Shown here in pieces: positions 8,550 to 16,913 of a DNA stretch of 36,848 nt. The notes beneath the pieces were generated by a model. The model made no database searches, was not told the origin of the DNA, and saw only the letters and a list, made by a program, of their open reading frames with translations. Made by a program: the position numbers and the translations under genes. Each line of letters opens with the position of its first letter. Positions within the stretch are counted from its first letter, which is position 1. Origin of the DNA: a virus. Taxonomy: Duplodnaviria > Caudoviricetes. The DNA lies in the IMG/VR virus record IMGVR_UViG_3300032373_000057, positions 1-36,848 of that record; one strand, given 5' to 3'.

Positions 8550-9228
8550 ATGCATCTCCAATGTACGGGAATTTACCCCATTTGTTTTGTCCCAAAGGCA
8601 CATGCCCCGTCACGGCAGCTGGTAAGGCAAAGAGCATTGAACCTGCTGCACTCATACGCATAGGGTGTATGTTTGCGTAACGAAGATTTGTTAAGGCATA
8701 GTGTATTCCAGCATTCACCCACTGACCTGCTATTGCCCCCTCAGCCCAAAAGCCGTTTATAGCGCCCGATTCGAGCTTCACCATCGCGCCGATTGTGAGC
8801 GCGACAGATGTGGGTATGTATTGATGTAATGTGTATGCCGTAGGTGCGTTTGACGTCCAAGACATTCTCCAAACATCAAAAGCACCATCAATATAAACCG
8901 CGTCAGCTAAACCCATAGCCGTTAAAAGAGCTTGCTCTTCTAACGTTCGATTTGCCCAAAGTGTTCCTGTGGTTACCGTAAATACTCTTGTAAGCACAAC
9001 GCCTGCGGGAGCCGACCAAAAATCAGGCACTGCACCAATCCCAGTCAACACTTGATTTTTAGACATTCTGAAAAAGGGAGCTTCATCGCGCGCAGTCGCG
9101 AGATAGTTATCCACCTCTAGTTCTTTTGCTGCTACTTTTGCATCAATTGCACCCATCTTGCCCACAACTTCAGTAGTGAGGGCATTGGATGCCGTGGTTA
9201 AATCTGCAATTTGTTGTTCTAAGGCCAT
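8539..9228 (-). CDS. Putative tail fibre / receptor-binding protein
   Basis: N-terminal coiled coil MALEQQIADL..ASN.LT..V.GK..AID, beta/Trp-rich C-terminus, located in the fibre locus. Confidence 0.7.
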   Translation of the reverse strand: MALEQQIADLTTASNALTTEVVGKMGAIDAKVAAKELEVDNYLATARDEAPFFRMSKNQVLTGIGAVPDFWSAPAGVVLTRVFTVTTGTLWANRTLEEQALLTAMGLADAVYIDGAFDVWRMSWTSNAPTAYTLHQYIPTSVALTIGAMVKLESGAINGFWAEGAIAGQWVNAGIHYALTNLRYANIHPMRMSAAGSMLFALPAAVTGHVPLGQNKWGKFPYIGDAYAS

Positions 9229-9229
9229 A

Positions 9230-9745
9230 TTATAATCCTCCGTTTCTTAATCGTTGTTCAAGCTGGATGTGTCGTGTCATATTGCTGATGCTGGCTGTGG
9301 CCAGTTGCGCAAGTTCGGTTGCGAAATTGAGATTGAGCGATGCTCCTGTGGATACAATCGTGATGGCATTAGCTGGCAAAGCCGCCAGTGCCAAATCAAA
9401 TGCAAGCAATAACCCCACATTTGCTGATTTATATGCCAGAGAGATACCAGTGTCGCTCCATACCGCGAGCAATGTTCCGTCAGCCAAGAAAAATCCCACT
9501 TCCTTCACCCAAAAATTCTGAGCATCGTTTGCAATAGCGGTCACATGTAGCTGCTTTACATCAAGCATTTTGCCATCGGCAATCGGCACCCTTAGTTTTT
9601 CATTGGTCAACCCTGTTTGATTGGCTGTTGGCACATAACTTCCTGTGCCAAGCCCGATATGCGTGATTTCAGCAGCAAAACCCGTGCTACTTGCATTAAA
9701 TGCTGCTTGCAGCCCAGCATCCGTAATCAATGGCTGTAATTCCAT
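9230..9745 (-). CDS. Tail-collar fibre (DUF3751-like) baseplate-attachment protein
   Basis: ITDAGL.A, ITHIGLG.G, F.VKEVGFF..DGTLLAV, like the N-terminus of P2 gpH but stand-alone. Confidence 0.85.
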   Translation of the reverse strand: MELQPLITDAGLQAAFNASSTGFAAEITHIGLGTGSYVPTANQTGLTNEKLRVPIADGKMLDVKQLHVTAIANDAQNFWVKEVGFFLADGTLLAVWSDTGISLAYKSANVGLLLAFDLALAALPANAITIVSTGASLNLNFATELAQLATASISNMTRHIQLEQRLRNGGL

Positions 9746-10377
9746 TACAACACTCCTACTCGAACAAATGTCTGCACATGAGCATGTGCTGCGAAGCTAA
9801 TAGATGATACCCCGTGTAGCGGTGCAATTACTGTTTGTGCAGCACTGCGTGTCACCATCACAGCTTTTAGCGCGCCAGAGGCGAGAGCCAAGGCATCTTT
9901 GAATTGTACGCCAACAGTTAAAGAGAAATGGCGAGAAACGGGAGCTGCTTCTTTGATGGCTTTTTCAAGGTCGGCATACAACTTGGCATTTAATACTGTG
10001 TTGCCAGCACCTAAATTATTGTTCGCCCAAGCAAGCAGGCTAAATGTTCCTGGCACCCCCGCATTGTCGAACCACTCTGTGATTTCTACCTGTGCGCCCA
10101 AGGCATCTAATGCTTGCTGCACCGCAGCAACAGTGCCTTTGGTTTGATGCAATAGGATTGAGCCTTGAATCACCTTACGTTTCGCATCATCCGACCAAGT
10201 CGAATCCCAGTTGTCCACGCTCACAGCCCAAGCCAGCCAAGGCAACAAATGTGCAGGGCAAGTGCTGGCGTTCCATACGTCGCGCACAGGCACATTCACA
10301 TCGTGTTTGACGGCTGTGACTTGTTCAATATTGCGTTCTAACATTGTGACGTTAGGTGGCAGTAATGTATTAAACAT
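9745..10377 (-). CDS. P2 GpI-like baseplate/tail protein
   Basis: LLPPN.T.LER, TCPAHLLPWLAWA.SVD.W, H..KGT..AV. Confidence 0.95.
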   Translation of the reverse strand: MFNTLLPPNVTMLERNIEQVTAVKHDVNVPVRDVWNASTCPAHLLPWLAWAVSVDNWDSTWSDDAKRKVIQGSILLHQTKGTVAAVQQALDALGAQVEITEWFDNAGVPGTFSLLAWANNNLGAGNTVLNAKLYADLEKAIKEAAPVSRHFSLTVGVQFKDALALASGALKAVMVTRSAAQTVIAPLHGVSSISFAAHAHVQTFVRVGVL

Positions 10378-11269
10378 TGGTTGCCCCCATTGTCACGTTG
10401 ATAGTTGTCACATGAGCAGCTTGATATGCTGTAGTCACTACATCATCAATGGGTTGGGCGAGGGTCACATTTTGCACGCCTTCAACATGTAATGCTGCCA
10501 AAATGCCGCTGCGTGTAATGTCATGGCCAAGTTTGTGGTGGGCATCTAAATATGTAGCCAGGCGAAGCTCCGCTTCGGTTTGTAATACCGCTGCATCAGG
10601 CCCTGGGTACACAGTAAGCGTCGCGGCAATGGCAAAATCAACAATTGTCGCAGGAAGTACGGTCACGCGATCACCAATCGGGCGCACGGTTTGATCAGAC
10701 AACGCCGCGAGCACGGTATTCATTAAAATTTGTGTCGGTATACCAGTACCCGTGCGAGATAATATCACTACATTCACGACGCATGGTGTAGGTGATTCCA
10801 CGGCTGCATCAAGCACTTCTGCATCCGCCGACATCGCGTGATACAAATATGACCCCGCAGGACCAGCCACTGATTCTCCAGAAAAGGATAATAAAAAACG
10901 GTGACGAAGTTCCGCATCGCTTTCCATGATGGGCGCAACGGGAGGCACCGCGTTGGCATCGCCTGGCACAAGCTCTAAGCGCACAATGTTTCGCCACGCA
11001 CATAAGTTATCTAAGTCCGTGCCTACAGCATGAGCAAGCGTCACAGCTTTAACAGCATCATTCACGCGCTGACGTAAGATCAACTCTCGATACGTATCTT
11101 CTTCGAGCAATTTTGTGAGAGGCTCAGATTCAACAGCAAGCACAACTGCCAAAGATGGGTCACGTGTTATCAAATCACTTTTACGTTGTTGCAATAGCGT
11201 TTCAAAATCCAATGCTTCTACAGCGTTTGGGAAAGGTATTTTGGATAGATCAATCACAGCGCCACTCAT
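10370..11269 (-). CDS. Baseplate wedge protein J (P2 GpJ-like)
   Basis: IDLS..P.P..VE.LDFE, ESEPL.KLL, SVAGP..SY.YHA, VRP..DRV.V. Confidence 0.96.
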   Translation of the reverse strand: MSGAVIDLSKIPFPNAVEALDFETLLQQRKSDLITRDPSLAVVLAVESEPLTKLLEEDTYRELILRQRVNDAVKAVTLAHAVGTDLDNLCAWRNIVRLELVPGDANAVPPVAPIMESDAELRHRFLLSFSGESVAGPAGSYLYHAMSADAEVLDAAVESPTPCVVNVVILSRTGTGIPTQILMNTVLAALSDQTVRPIGDRVTVLPATIVDFAIAATLTVYPGPDAAVLQTEAELRLATYLDAHHKLGHDITRSGILAALHVEGVQNVTLAQPIDDVVTTAYQAAHVTTINVTMGATNV

Positions 11270-11601
11270 ATAACCACCCCTTCAAGTTTGACGGTTTTAC
11301 CATTCATTAAATCGGTGCCTTCAATACCTAACGTCACATGACCAGGTGTCTTCATATCCACAAAAACCTGTGATACCTGAAACTCTGTTTCCCATTTTGC
11401 AATGGCTTCGGCGGTGGCGTGAATCATGTCAATCATCAGCCCTGGACTCATCGGTTTGTCTGTTAAAGAGAATAAACGTGAGCCATAATCACGACGCTTG
11501 ACCCTTGACCCAATTGGTGTGCTCAAAATATCAGCAAGGCGTTGCTTCAAGTGCGCACGACCTCCCAGCGCTTTGCCTGTAGTTGCGTTGAGACCCATCA
11601 T
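11266..11601 (-). CDS. Baseplate GpW/gp25-family protein
   Basis: G.NA.TGK.L...HL.Q...DIL.TPIGSRV.RRDYGS. Confidence 0.95.
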   Translation of the reverse strand: MMGLNATTGKALGGRAHLKQRLADILSTPIGSRVKRRDYGSRLFSLTDKPMSPGLMIDMIHATAEAIAKWETEFQVSQVFVDMKTPGHVTLGIEGTDLMNGKTVKLEGVVI

Positions 11602-11795
11602 GAGACCTTATAACTCCCAACACTTGAGCCAGTTGTTACTGCTACAGCTGCGTTTGCTTGCACTTCATCCACTACGGCATTGGCAATGGCTTCCGCAAAC
11701 TTATTCACCCATGAGTGCGCGCCAGTGGCTTCGGCACCCAAAACTGTCATCTCATTTACAATTCGGGTTTTAAGTCCCGCTTTAGAAAGTGCCAT
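11598..11795 (-). CDS. Small conserved-type baseplate-region protein, 65 aa
   Basis: Overlaps the stop/start of both neighbours. FAEAIANAVVDEVQANA.V motif. Confidence 0.75.
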   Translation of the reverse strand: MALSKAGLKTRIVNEMTVLGAEATGAHSWVNKFAEAIANAVVDEVQANAAVAVTTGSSVGSYKVS

Positions 11796-12373
11796 TATTT
11801 ACCTGCCTTCACAGTTGCAGACCCGTCTGAATGCGGAAGCCCCGTCAGGGCGCAAATGCATTCTTTGGTAACGACGCCTGCGCCATTATTCATCGCGACC
11901 ACTGTGCCTGTGATATTCACATTGCCGCCTGCCTGAACTGTTGCACCTTTGGTTGTTGTAACATTCAGCGTGCCTGCGCTGGTGATGACCACATCAGAAG
12001 TGGCATCTGGCAAATCAATGCGCAATCGATGTGCTGCTTGTTCATATTCAATCACTGCACCGTCTTTAAAATGAATGGATGTAGCATCAAGGTTGTTGTC
12101 GGGTGCAGCATGTGCATTTTGGTACAATGCAGGAATAACAAAACCCTGAGCCAAATCTCCAAAGGGTGAAAACACCACCACCTGCTCACCCACGCTTGGA
12201 GCCCACCAGCTTCGCGCATTGCCAGCACGTGCCGCTAGCCAGGGTAACTCTGCCGTGGTTAACTCATCAATCATAATACGGCAACGTGCAGCACCTGCGT
12301 TTACAGACACGACTTCACCCACACGAATCATATTCGCCATGCGGCGTTCAAGCTCTGCTAATTCAAAACTCAT
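11795..12373 (-). CDS. Baseplate spike protein (P2 GpV-like)
   Basis: ELERR.AN.IR.G, LPW...RAG....WWAPSVGEQV, F.DGA.IEY. Confidence 0.95.
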   Translation of the reverse strand: MSFELAELERRMANMIRVGEVVSVNAGAARCRIMIDELTTAELPWLAARAGNARSWWAPSVGEQVVVFSPFGDLAQGFVIPALYQNAHAAPDNNLDATSIHFKDGAVIEYEQAAHRLRIDLPDATSDVVITSAGTLNVTTTKGATVQAGGNVNITGTVVAMNNGAGVVTKECICALTGLPHSDGSATVKAGK

Positions 12374-12888
12374 GAGAGCACCTGCTCAACCTGATTGCCT
12401 GTCTGCACAGCCACACTAGACGGCAATGAGCTACCATCCACTGGCAGCTCATCAAGGTTGATGGTTTGTTTCCACACCACCAACCAGATTGCATAACCAG
12501 CCTTATCAGCAGCACCTGAAGAACGATTTTCTAATTTTTCAATTTGAGCCGCATACACATCAGTGAGCGCCCATTGGTTATTATTGATTGTTAGCATAAC
12601 AGAGCGCGCCAACTGACGCGCTGCTTTAGCGCGATCAACTGAACCTCTGGCACTTCGCGTAATAATGAATGCACCCGTGCGACACACGAACGCAAGTTGC
12701 CCAGTGCTTGGTTGCTCACCAGCAGGTACACCGCCGAGGGGAACCATCAGAATGCCACCGTCTCTAGGCGCAATTTTCTTTAATGCTCCTGCTGACAAAT
12801 CACCAGAGTATTCTTCAACTTTGGCAATCCCAACAATACTCTTTAAGCCATTGGCCATTGCGGCTTCGTATGCTTCAAATGTCGGCAT
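12370..12888 (-). CDS. Mu gp37-like (DUF1834) tail terminator/neck protein
   Basis: Follows the gp36 homologue, with matching size and VEEYSG.L...W.V.W.Q pattern. Confidence 0.7.
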   Translation of the reverse strand: MPTFEAYEAAMANGLKSIVGIAKVEEYSGDLSAGALKKIAPRDGGILMVPLGGVPAGEQPSTGQLAFVCRTGAFIITRSARGSVDRAKAARQLARSVMLTINNNQWALTDVYAAQIEKLENRSSGAADKAGYAIWLVVWKQTINLDELPVDGSSLPSSVAVQTGNQVEQVLS

Positions 12889-13319
12889 TAGAACGAACCG
12901 CTAGTATTTTCACGGCTAAATACTCTGCCACCCGACACCATTTCAGCTTGATTGCTTTCCGCAGGTTTACCACCAGCTTGATCAACACCCACGCTAGCAA
13001 CACCTTTGCTCACATCTTTGAGAAACGAAATTGCTTTGTCGTATGCTTTTTCAACGCGTTCCGTAGCGTCATCATCATACAAAAAGTAGCGCGCAATATC
13101 TGCGGCATAACGTGCCAGCGATGTGGGGATGTTCGCCAAAGGTAAAGTGTACCTAGCTGACAAATAACCATTAATCACACTATCCGCATCTGCCAATGCC
13201 TGATTAAGAACAGTGTCATCAATGATATCTGAAGGAGGGACGCTCCGATCAGTGAGCTGGATAAGCTCATTCTGACCGAAGCGATCAATCATACCTTGTT
13301 TGGTACAATATAAAGGCAT
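12888..13319 (-). CDS. Mu gp36-like (DUF1320) head-tail connector
   Basis: Y.T...MIDRFG..EL.QLTDR, ADA...I.GYL..RY.LPL, DIARY.L. Confidence 0.93.
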   Translation of the reverse strand: MPLYCTKQGMIDRFGQNELIQLTDRSVPPSDIIDDTVLNQALADADSVINGYLSARYTLPLANIPTSLARYAADIARYFLYDDDATERVEKAYDKAISFLKDVSKGVASVGVDQAGGKPAESNQAEMVSGGRVFSRENTSGSF

Positions 13320-13322
13320 GCC

Positions 13323-13592
13323 TTAAGCCGCCTCTACCTTGATGGTTGCTGTTGACACAGCCAAACATGGCTCATCTTCAAGTTGTTTCATTTGCGCTTT
13401 GGTCAAATCAGTTACAGCAATAACTACAGCTTCTTTGCCAAAGGAAAATCCAGCACGGCGAAAGCCTTGCTTAGTGGATGTTACTTTGATTGCAGGCTGG
13501 GTTTTTGTAGCATCTTTCTTAGCTGCTGGCTTTTGTTCAGCAGAACCTAAATCCTGTTTTTGTTCTGGGGCGTCTTTCTTTAGTTCAGTCAT
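13323..13592 (-). CDS. Mu gp35/HI1506-like small head protein
   Basis: GFRRAG..F......I....LT..Q...L..EP.L.V motif, directly after the capsid gene. Confidence 0.8.
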   Translation of the reverse strand: MTELKKDAPEQKQDLGSAEQKPAAKKDATKTQPAIKVTSTKQGFRRAGFSFGKEAVVIAVTDLTKAQMKQLEDEPCLAVSTATIKVEAA

Positions 13593-13620
13593 ATGTACCT
13601 CGATGAGAAATTGGATTTAA

Positions 13621-13648
13621 GGGAAAGAAGGAGCGGCCTCAGCCGCCC
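13621..13648 (-). terminator. Weak terminator-like hairpin after the major capsid gene
   Basis: GGGCGGC-TGAG-GCCGCTC followed by CTTCTTT on the minus strand. Confidence 0.5.
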
Positions 13649-13666
13649 ATTCAGTTAGTTAGTTAA

Positions 13667-14749
13667 TTATGCAACCGTGCCATCTGAAGCCCAGGCCAGT
13701 TGCCAGAAGCCATAGCCAGCTGCACCACGTGCTTCTGCACCAAACTTGAACATACGGCGGTTGAACACATCATCAGAAGCCATATCTGTTTGTGAAACAA
13801 ACACAGGGTCTTTACGTTTCTGATAGATGAATGGTTTGACCACTTTGCGTGTATCAAGCAGGAACCATGCGGTGTCAGATGTTAACCAGTCTCCAACGAC
13901 AACCTCAGCTTTGCCCTTGTATGGGTTTGGTTTACCATCTTCCAAACGGTCGTTGGTCATCAGTGCATCGGCGGTATCTTCCAATGCTGGTGGCACCAAT
14001 AAGACGTTTGGCCGAACGCCCAGTGGGCGGCCTTCATTATCCTTGAACTTCCGCATCGCAGTACGTGCAGCACCAAAGCTTCCTTGTGCTAGTGCCAATG
14101 TTGCGATGGATAGCTTCTTGGTACCTTTATTTGATACACTTGCTGATTGGCCAGTGGCAGGATCAGTCACAGGGTGATCAACATCAAAGAAGTACTGTCC
14201 ATCATAACATTCAGTGGTGAATGCTTTGTTTACTGCTTCATAAACCAACTCATCTTTCATTTGAGCTGCTGACTCGCCAGCCATTTGCGCCTGGGGGCTA
14301 TAAATACCGAGGGCATCATCTTCGATATCATTACGGTCGACTTCGACTGTTGCCTCAAAATCATCATTGGTAATAGAGTACTTTGAAGCCTTTAATGACT
14401 TGATTGATTTTTCATCAATCCATTTTTTCATGCGAGGAAATTTGGACAACCATGCATAATCATTTTTACTGCCCGTTGAAGGCACTTCCATTGCAATTTT
14501 AGCCCATGTTGATTCAGCATTATTAAAGGCATTGTTAAATAACGTTTTGATTGTGGTAAAGGCGGCAGTGATTGATTCTTTATTTACTAATATGCCACCA
14601 AAGGCCACTGATGTGAGCAGCTCAGGCGAGTTCACAGTAAGCAAGTAGCTCCCAGAAAAAGCAGCCGCTGGGTCTATTGCTCCAAACCCGAATACTGCGA
14701 CAACAGCAAGCACCGCAAGGACAGGTGTATATAACATTAATTTTTTCAT
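13667..14749 (-). CDS. Major capsid protein (Mu gpT family) with ~52-aa hydrophobic N-terminal extension
   Basis: Y.WL..FP.MK.W, FE.TV.V.R.DIEDD..G.Y.P, CYDGQYFFD.DHP, AGYGFWQLA. GAGGAG RBS before ATG 14749. Confidence 0.95.
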   Translation of the reverse strand: MKKLMLYTPVLAVLAVVAVFGFGAIDPAAAFSGSYLLTVNSPELLTSVAFGGILVNKESITAAFTTIKTLFNNAFNNAESTWAKIAMEVPSTGSKNDYAWLSKFPRMKKWIDEKSIKSLKASKYSITNDDFEATVEVDRNDIEDDALGIYSPQAQMAGESAAQMKDELVYEAVNKAFTTECYDGQYFFDVDHPVTDPATGQSASVSNKGTKKLSIATLALAQGSFGAARTAMRKFKDNEGRPLGVRPNVLLVPPALEDTADALMTNDRLEDGKPNPYKGKAEVVVGDWLTSDTAWFLLDTRKVVKPFIYQKRKDPVFVSQTDMASDDVFNRRMFKFGAEARGAAGYGFWQLAWASDGTVA

Positions 14750-14778
14750 GATTGTCTCCTCAGACTTTTATTTTTTAC

Positions 14779-15180
14779 TTATTTGATCCAGACACCATCA
14801 GCATCTATGTTTGCAACAATTCCAGTAGCAGAACGAGTTCCTACGCCATTTGTTCCAGCCACCGTTTCATCATCAACGATGTAGGCCACTTTACCTTGTG
14901 ATGCCTGCGTTACAGGATCTGCAGCCAAGTTTTTAAATTGGAAGCGTTTGCCTGTGCGAACCTTCACCTTTACTGCTCCATCAACACCAAGGGTGTTGTC
15001 CACGGCTTCTTCAGCGCGACCCTCATAGATCAAGTTCAAAGCCGTAGTGCCTGGCGCAGCAAAACCAGCTACATTCGCAACAATAAGCGCGCCTGCATGG
15101 ATGTTTACTCCAGCAGCCACGGGAATTGAGCGTAGCTCACTATCTTTCATGGGTGTATTTCGATCTTGAGTAAGTGCCAT
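14779..15180 (-). CDS. Capsid decoration/cement protein
   Basis: AL..DRNTP, PVAA...I..G, YIVDD.TV...G.RS..G......DGVW. Lies between protease and capsid genes. Confidence 0.8.
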   Translation of the reverse strand: MALTQDRNTPMKDSELRSIPVAAGVNIHAGALIVANVAGFAAPGTTALNLIYEGRAEEAVDNTLGVDGAVKVKVRTGKRFQFKNLAADPVTQASQGKVAYIVDDETVAGTNGVGTRSATGIVANIDADGVWIK

Positions 15181-15183
15181 TGT

Positions 15184-15693
15184 TTATTCCTCACCATCTT
15201 TGTTTTTGAGATATTCATTAGGGTTAACGCCCATCTGAGAGCAAACAGCCATTTCAGTTTCTGACAACATATGTGCGTCTTCACCTTCAGGCGTTTTACC
15301 TTTTGTCTGAGTACTTTTAAGAGCTGCGATTCCAGTAGCCGTATCCAGATATGTTTTGAGCGCCGTGATATCGCTATCACCAAGTTTCTTAGCCCATGCT
15401 TCCTGAGCAGGAAGTAGACGGCCATCTTTAAGGCCTGCAACAACCAGTTCGCTTACTTCATTATCAAGGTTACCTTGCTTCAGAGTTGCCAATTCAGTTT
15501 TGATACCCTCAAAAGCAGCCAAATCAATGTGTTTGGTTGGGTCAAATTGCGTTTGTTTTAATGCGGTAACTTCTACACCTTGCGCATTAGATGCTTTTGC
15601 TTGTTGCTTTAGCGCAGCAATGGCTGACTCAATGTCATCATCACTGGCGTCCGCAGACAGGCTTAACATCGCGATAAGTAGTTTGCGATCCAT
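15184..15693 (-). CDS. Scaffolding protein (Mu gpZ-like), in-frame internal start in the protease gene
   Basis: AGGAGG 7 nt before in-frame ATG 15693 (MDRKLL...), the same arrangement as Mu I/Z. Confidence 0.8.
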   Translation of the reverse strand: MDRKLLIAMLSLSADASDDDIESAIAALKQQAKASNAQGVEVTALKQTQFDPTKHIDLAAFEGIKTELATLKQGNLDNEVSELVVAGLKDGRLLPAQEAWAKKLGDSDITALKTYLDTATGIAALKSTQTKGKTPEGEDAHMLSETEMAVCSQMGVNPNEYLKNKDGEE

Positions 15694-16218
15694 AGTGTTA
15701 TCCTCCTGAGATAGGTTGTTATATTTAGCCGCCAGCGCGGCGACTTCGTTCATGCCGTCAACGGCAGGGGTGTTGGTGAGTGCTGCGTGTAAAAAACCAC
15801 GCACTTCACCAGAACCTTTTGCATAAGGGAGGACGGGAGAAATAAAGCCGTATTCGCCAGAGTCTATAAACTGGCGAGCCCGCTCAGTCCATTGAACATC
15901 AACAGCAAAAAGACCAATTCCTTCGCGCCATTCAAATTTTGAAAATGTTGCTGCACGAGGCGCGGGCTGACCGTTCTTATCAGATAGAAGCGTCTGATGT
16001 TCATAATCAATAATGTAGGGGGTTTTACGAACTTCGGCTCTTTGAATGATGCGTGCGGCAATCGCAGCATTTATAAACCAGAAAGGAGCATCATGAGGGC
16101 GACCATCAATTGATCGAAACTCCCCTGCTGGGGTCAGCTGAACTTCATTGCTGGCTTGGGTAACCTCAATAGAGCAGACCGCAATAGCAGTCTGAATATG
16201 TTTTTGCTTGTGCTTCAT
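15184..16218 (-). CDS. Prohead protease (Mu gpI family)
   Basis: QL.PAG.F...DGRP, IDYEHQT, WT.RA...I...EY..ISPV, ALTN.PA.DGM. Confidence 0.95.
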   Translation of the reverse strand: MKHKQKHIQTAIAVCSIEVTQASNEVQLTPAGEFRSIDGRPHDAPFWFINAAIAARIIQRAEVRKTPYIIDYEHQTLLSDKNGQPAPRAATFSKFEWREGIGLFAVDVQWTERARQFIDSGEYGFISPVLPYAKGSGEVRGFLHAALTNTPAVDGMNEVAALAAKYNNLSQEDNTMDRKLLIAMLSLSADASDDDIESAIAALKQQAKASNAQGVEVTALKQTQFDPTKHIDLAAFEGIKTELATLKQGNLDNEVSELVVAGLKDGRLLPAQEAWAKKLGDSDITALKTYLDTATGIAALKSTQTKGKTPEGEDAHMLSETEMAVCSQMGVNPNEYLKNKDGEE

Positions 16219-16225
16219 GCAGCGA

Positions 16226-16273
16226 AGTGTGCGGCTTTGCGTGAGCTAGTCCGCCTGAAGCACTTCAGGCGAG
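16226..16273 (-). promoter_or_regulatory. Late promoter for head genes with activator-binding palindrome
   Basis: CGCCTGAAG-CA-CTTCAGGCG (16252-16271), then 20 nt, -10-like CACACT, 7 nt, ATG. Near-identical copy at 23673-23696. Confidence 0.75.
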
Positions 16274-16350
16274 ATATATGTATTCGATGAGCCTACCGTA
16301 GAACAAGGTTAGCAATGCTGTCAATATGCATTACAACTATTGAAACAGTG

Positions 16351-16806
16351 TTACATAGGCGCAAGATGATCCAGAAGAAATGTCTCTGCTAAATCAAGAA
16401 TAACATCTTGATCCTGTGCATTCACGCCAAGGATATTCCGCGCAGGTATATTTCTATCATCATTACCATAGTGCATGGTGGCTGCGCGAATATCACTGCT
16501 GCCAACGATAGCTTCAGATGCAGATGTTTGTGTATGAAAAGAATCCATCAACTGACCATGCTCAACAAGAATCAAATCAGCATTCTTTGTTTTACGTTCA
16601 CGCGTCGATTCAGCCAACTGCTCCCAGGGCAAGCCATCAGGGTCAACCTGATCCTTAAACCTTTGCTTGGTGGATTCCAAAAGATGTTCGCCGATATCAG
16701 CAAACAATGGCGCCATGTTATGCCCCACCTGTTGTAGTTTACCAAACACTTGCTGCATTTGCCTATCATCCACATCAATCGATATGAGCTCACTTGCACC
16801 TGCCAT
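16351..16806 (-). CDS. Virion morphogenesis protein (Mu gpG family)
   Basis: PL..DIGE.L..ST..RF....DPDG.PW..L, IL...G.L..S, IPAR..LG. Confidence 0.93.
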   Translation of the reverse strand: MAGASELISIDVDDRQMQQVFGKLQQVGHNMAPLFADIGEHLLESTKQRFKDQVDPDGLPWEQLAESTRERKTKNADLILVEHGQLMDSFHTQTSASEAIVGSSDIRAATMHYGNDDRNIPARNILGVNAQDQDVILDLAETFLLDHLAPM

Positions 16807-16822
16807 GATTTACTCCTAAACT
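16794..16822 (+). promoter_or_regulatory. Sigma70-type promoter for the candidate small RNA
   Basis: TTGCAC (16794-99), 17 nt, TAAACT (16817-22), pointing against the late operon. Confidence 0.6.
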
Positions 16823-16828
16823 TCGCTT

Positions 16829-16913
16829 ATGCTCATTGTGTACTAGAGGTTCCCAGTACCGTGCAATGATACACAGAGTTAAGGCTGCGCTGGGACGTGG
16901 CCTTTCTTTTTTT
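16829..16913 (+). ncRNA. Candidate structured small RNA convergent with the MuF-nuclease gene
   Basis: Promoter upstream, hairpin 16833-16869, terminator hairpin 16881-16904 with U-tract. Terminator loop CUGGGA is complementary to UCCCAG (16851-56). Confidence 0.55.
16881..16913 (+). terminator. Intrinsic terminator, + strand
   Basis: AAGGCUGCG/CGUGGCCUU 9-bp stem whose two G-U pairs work only on the + strand, followed by UCUUUUUUU. Confidence 0.7.
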
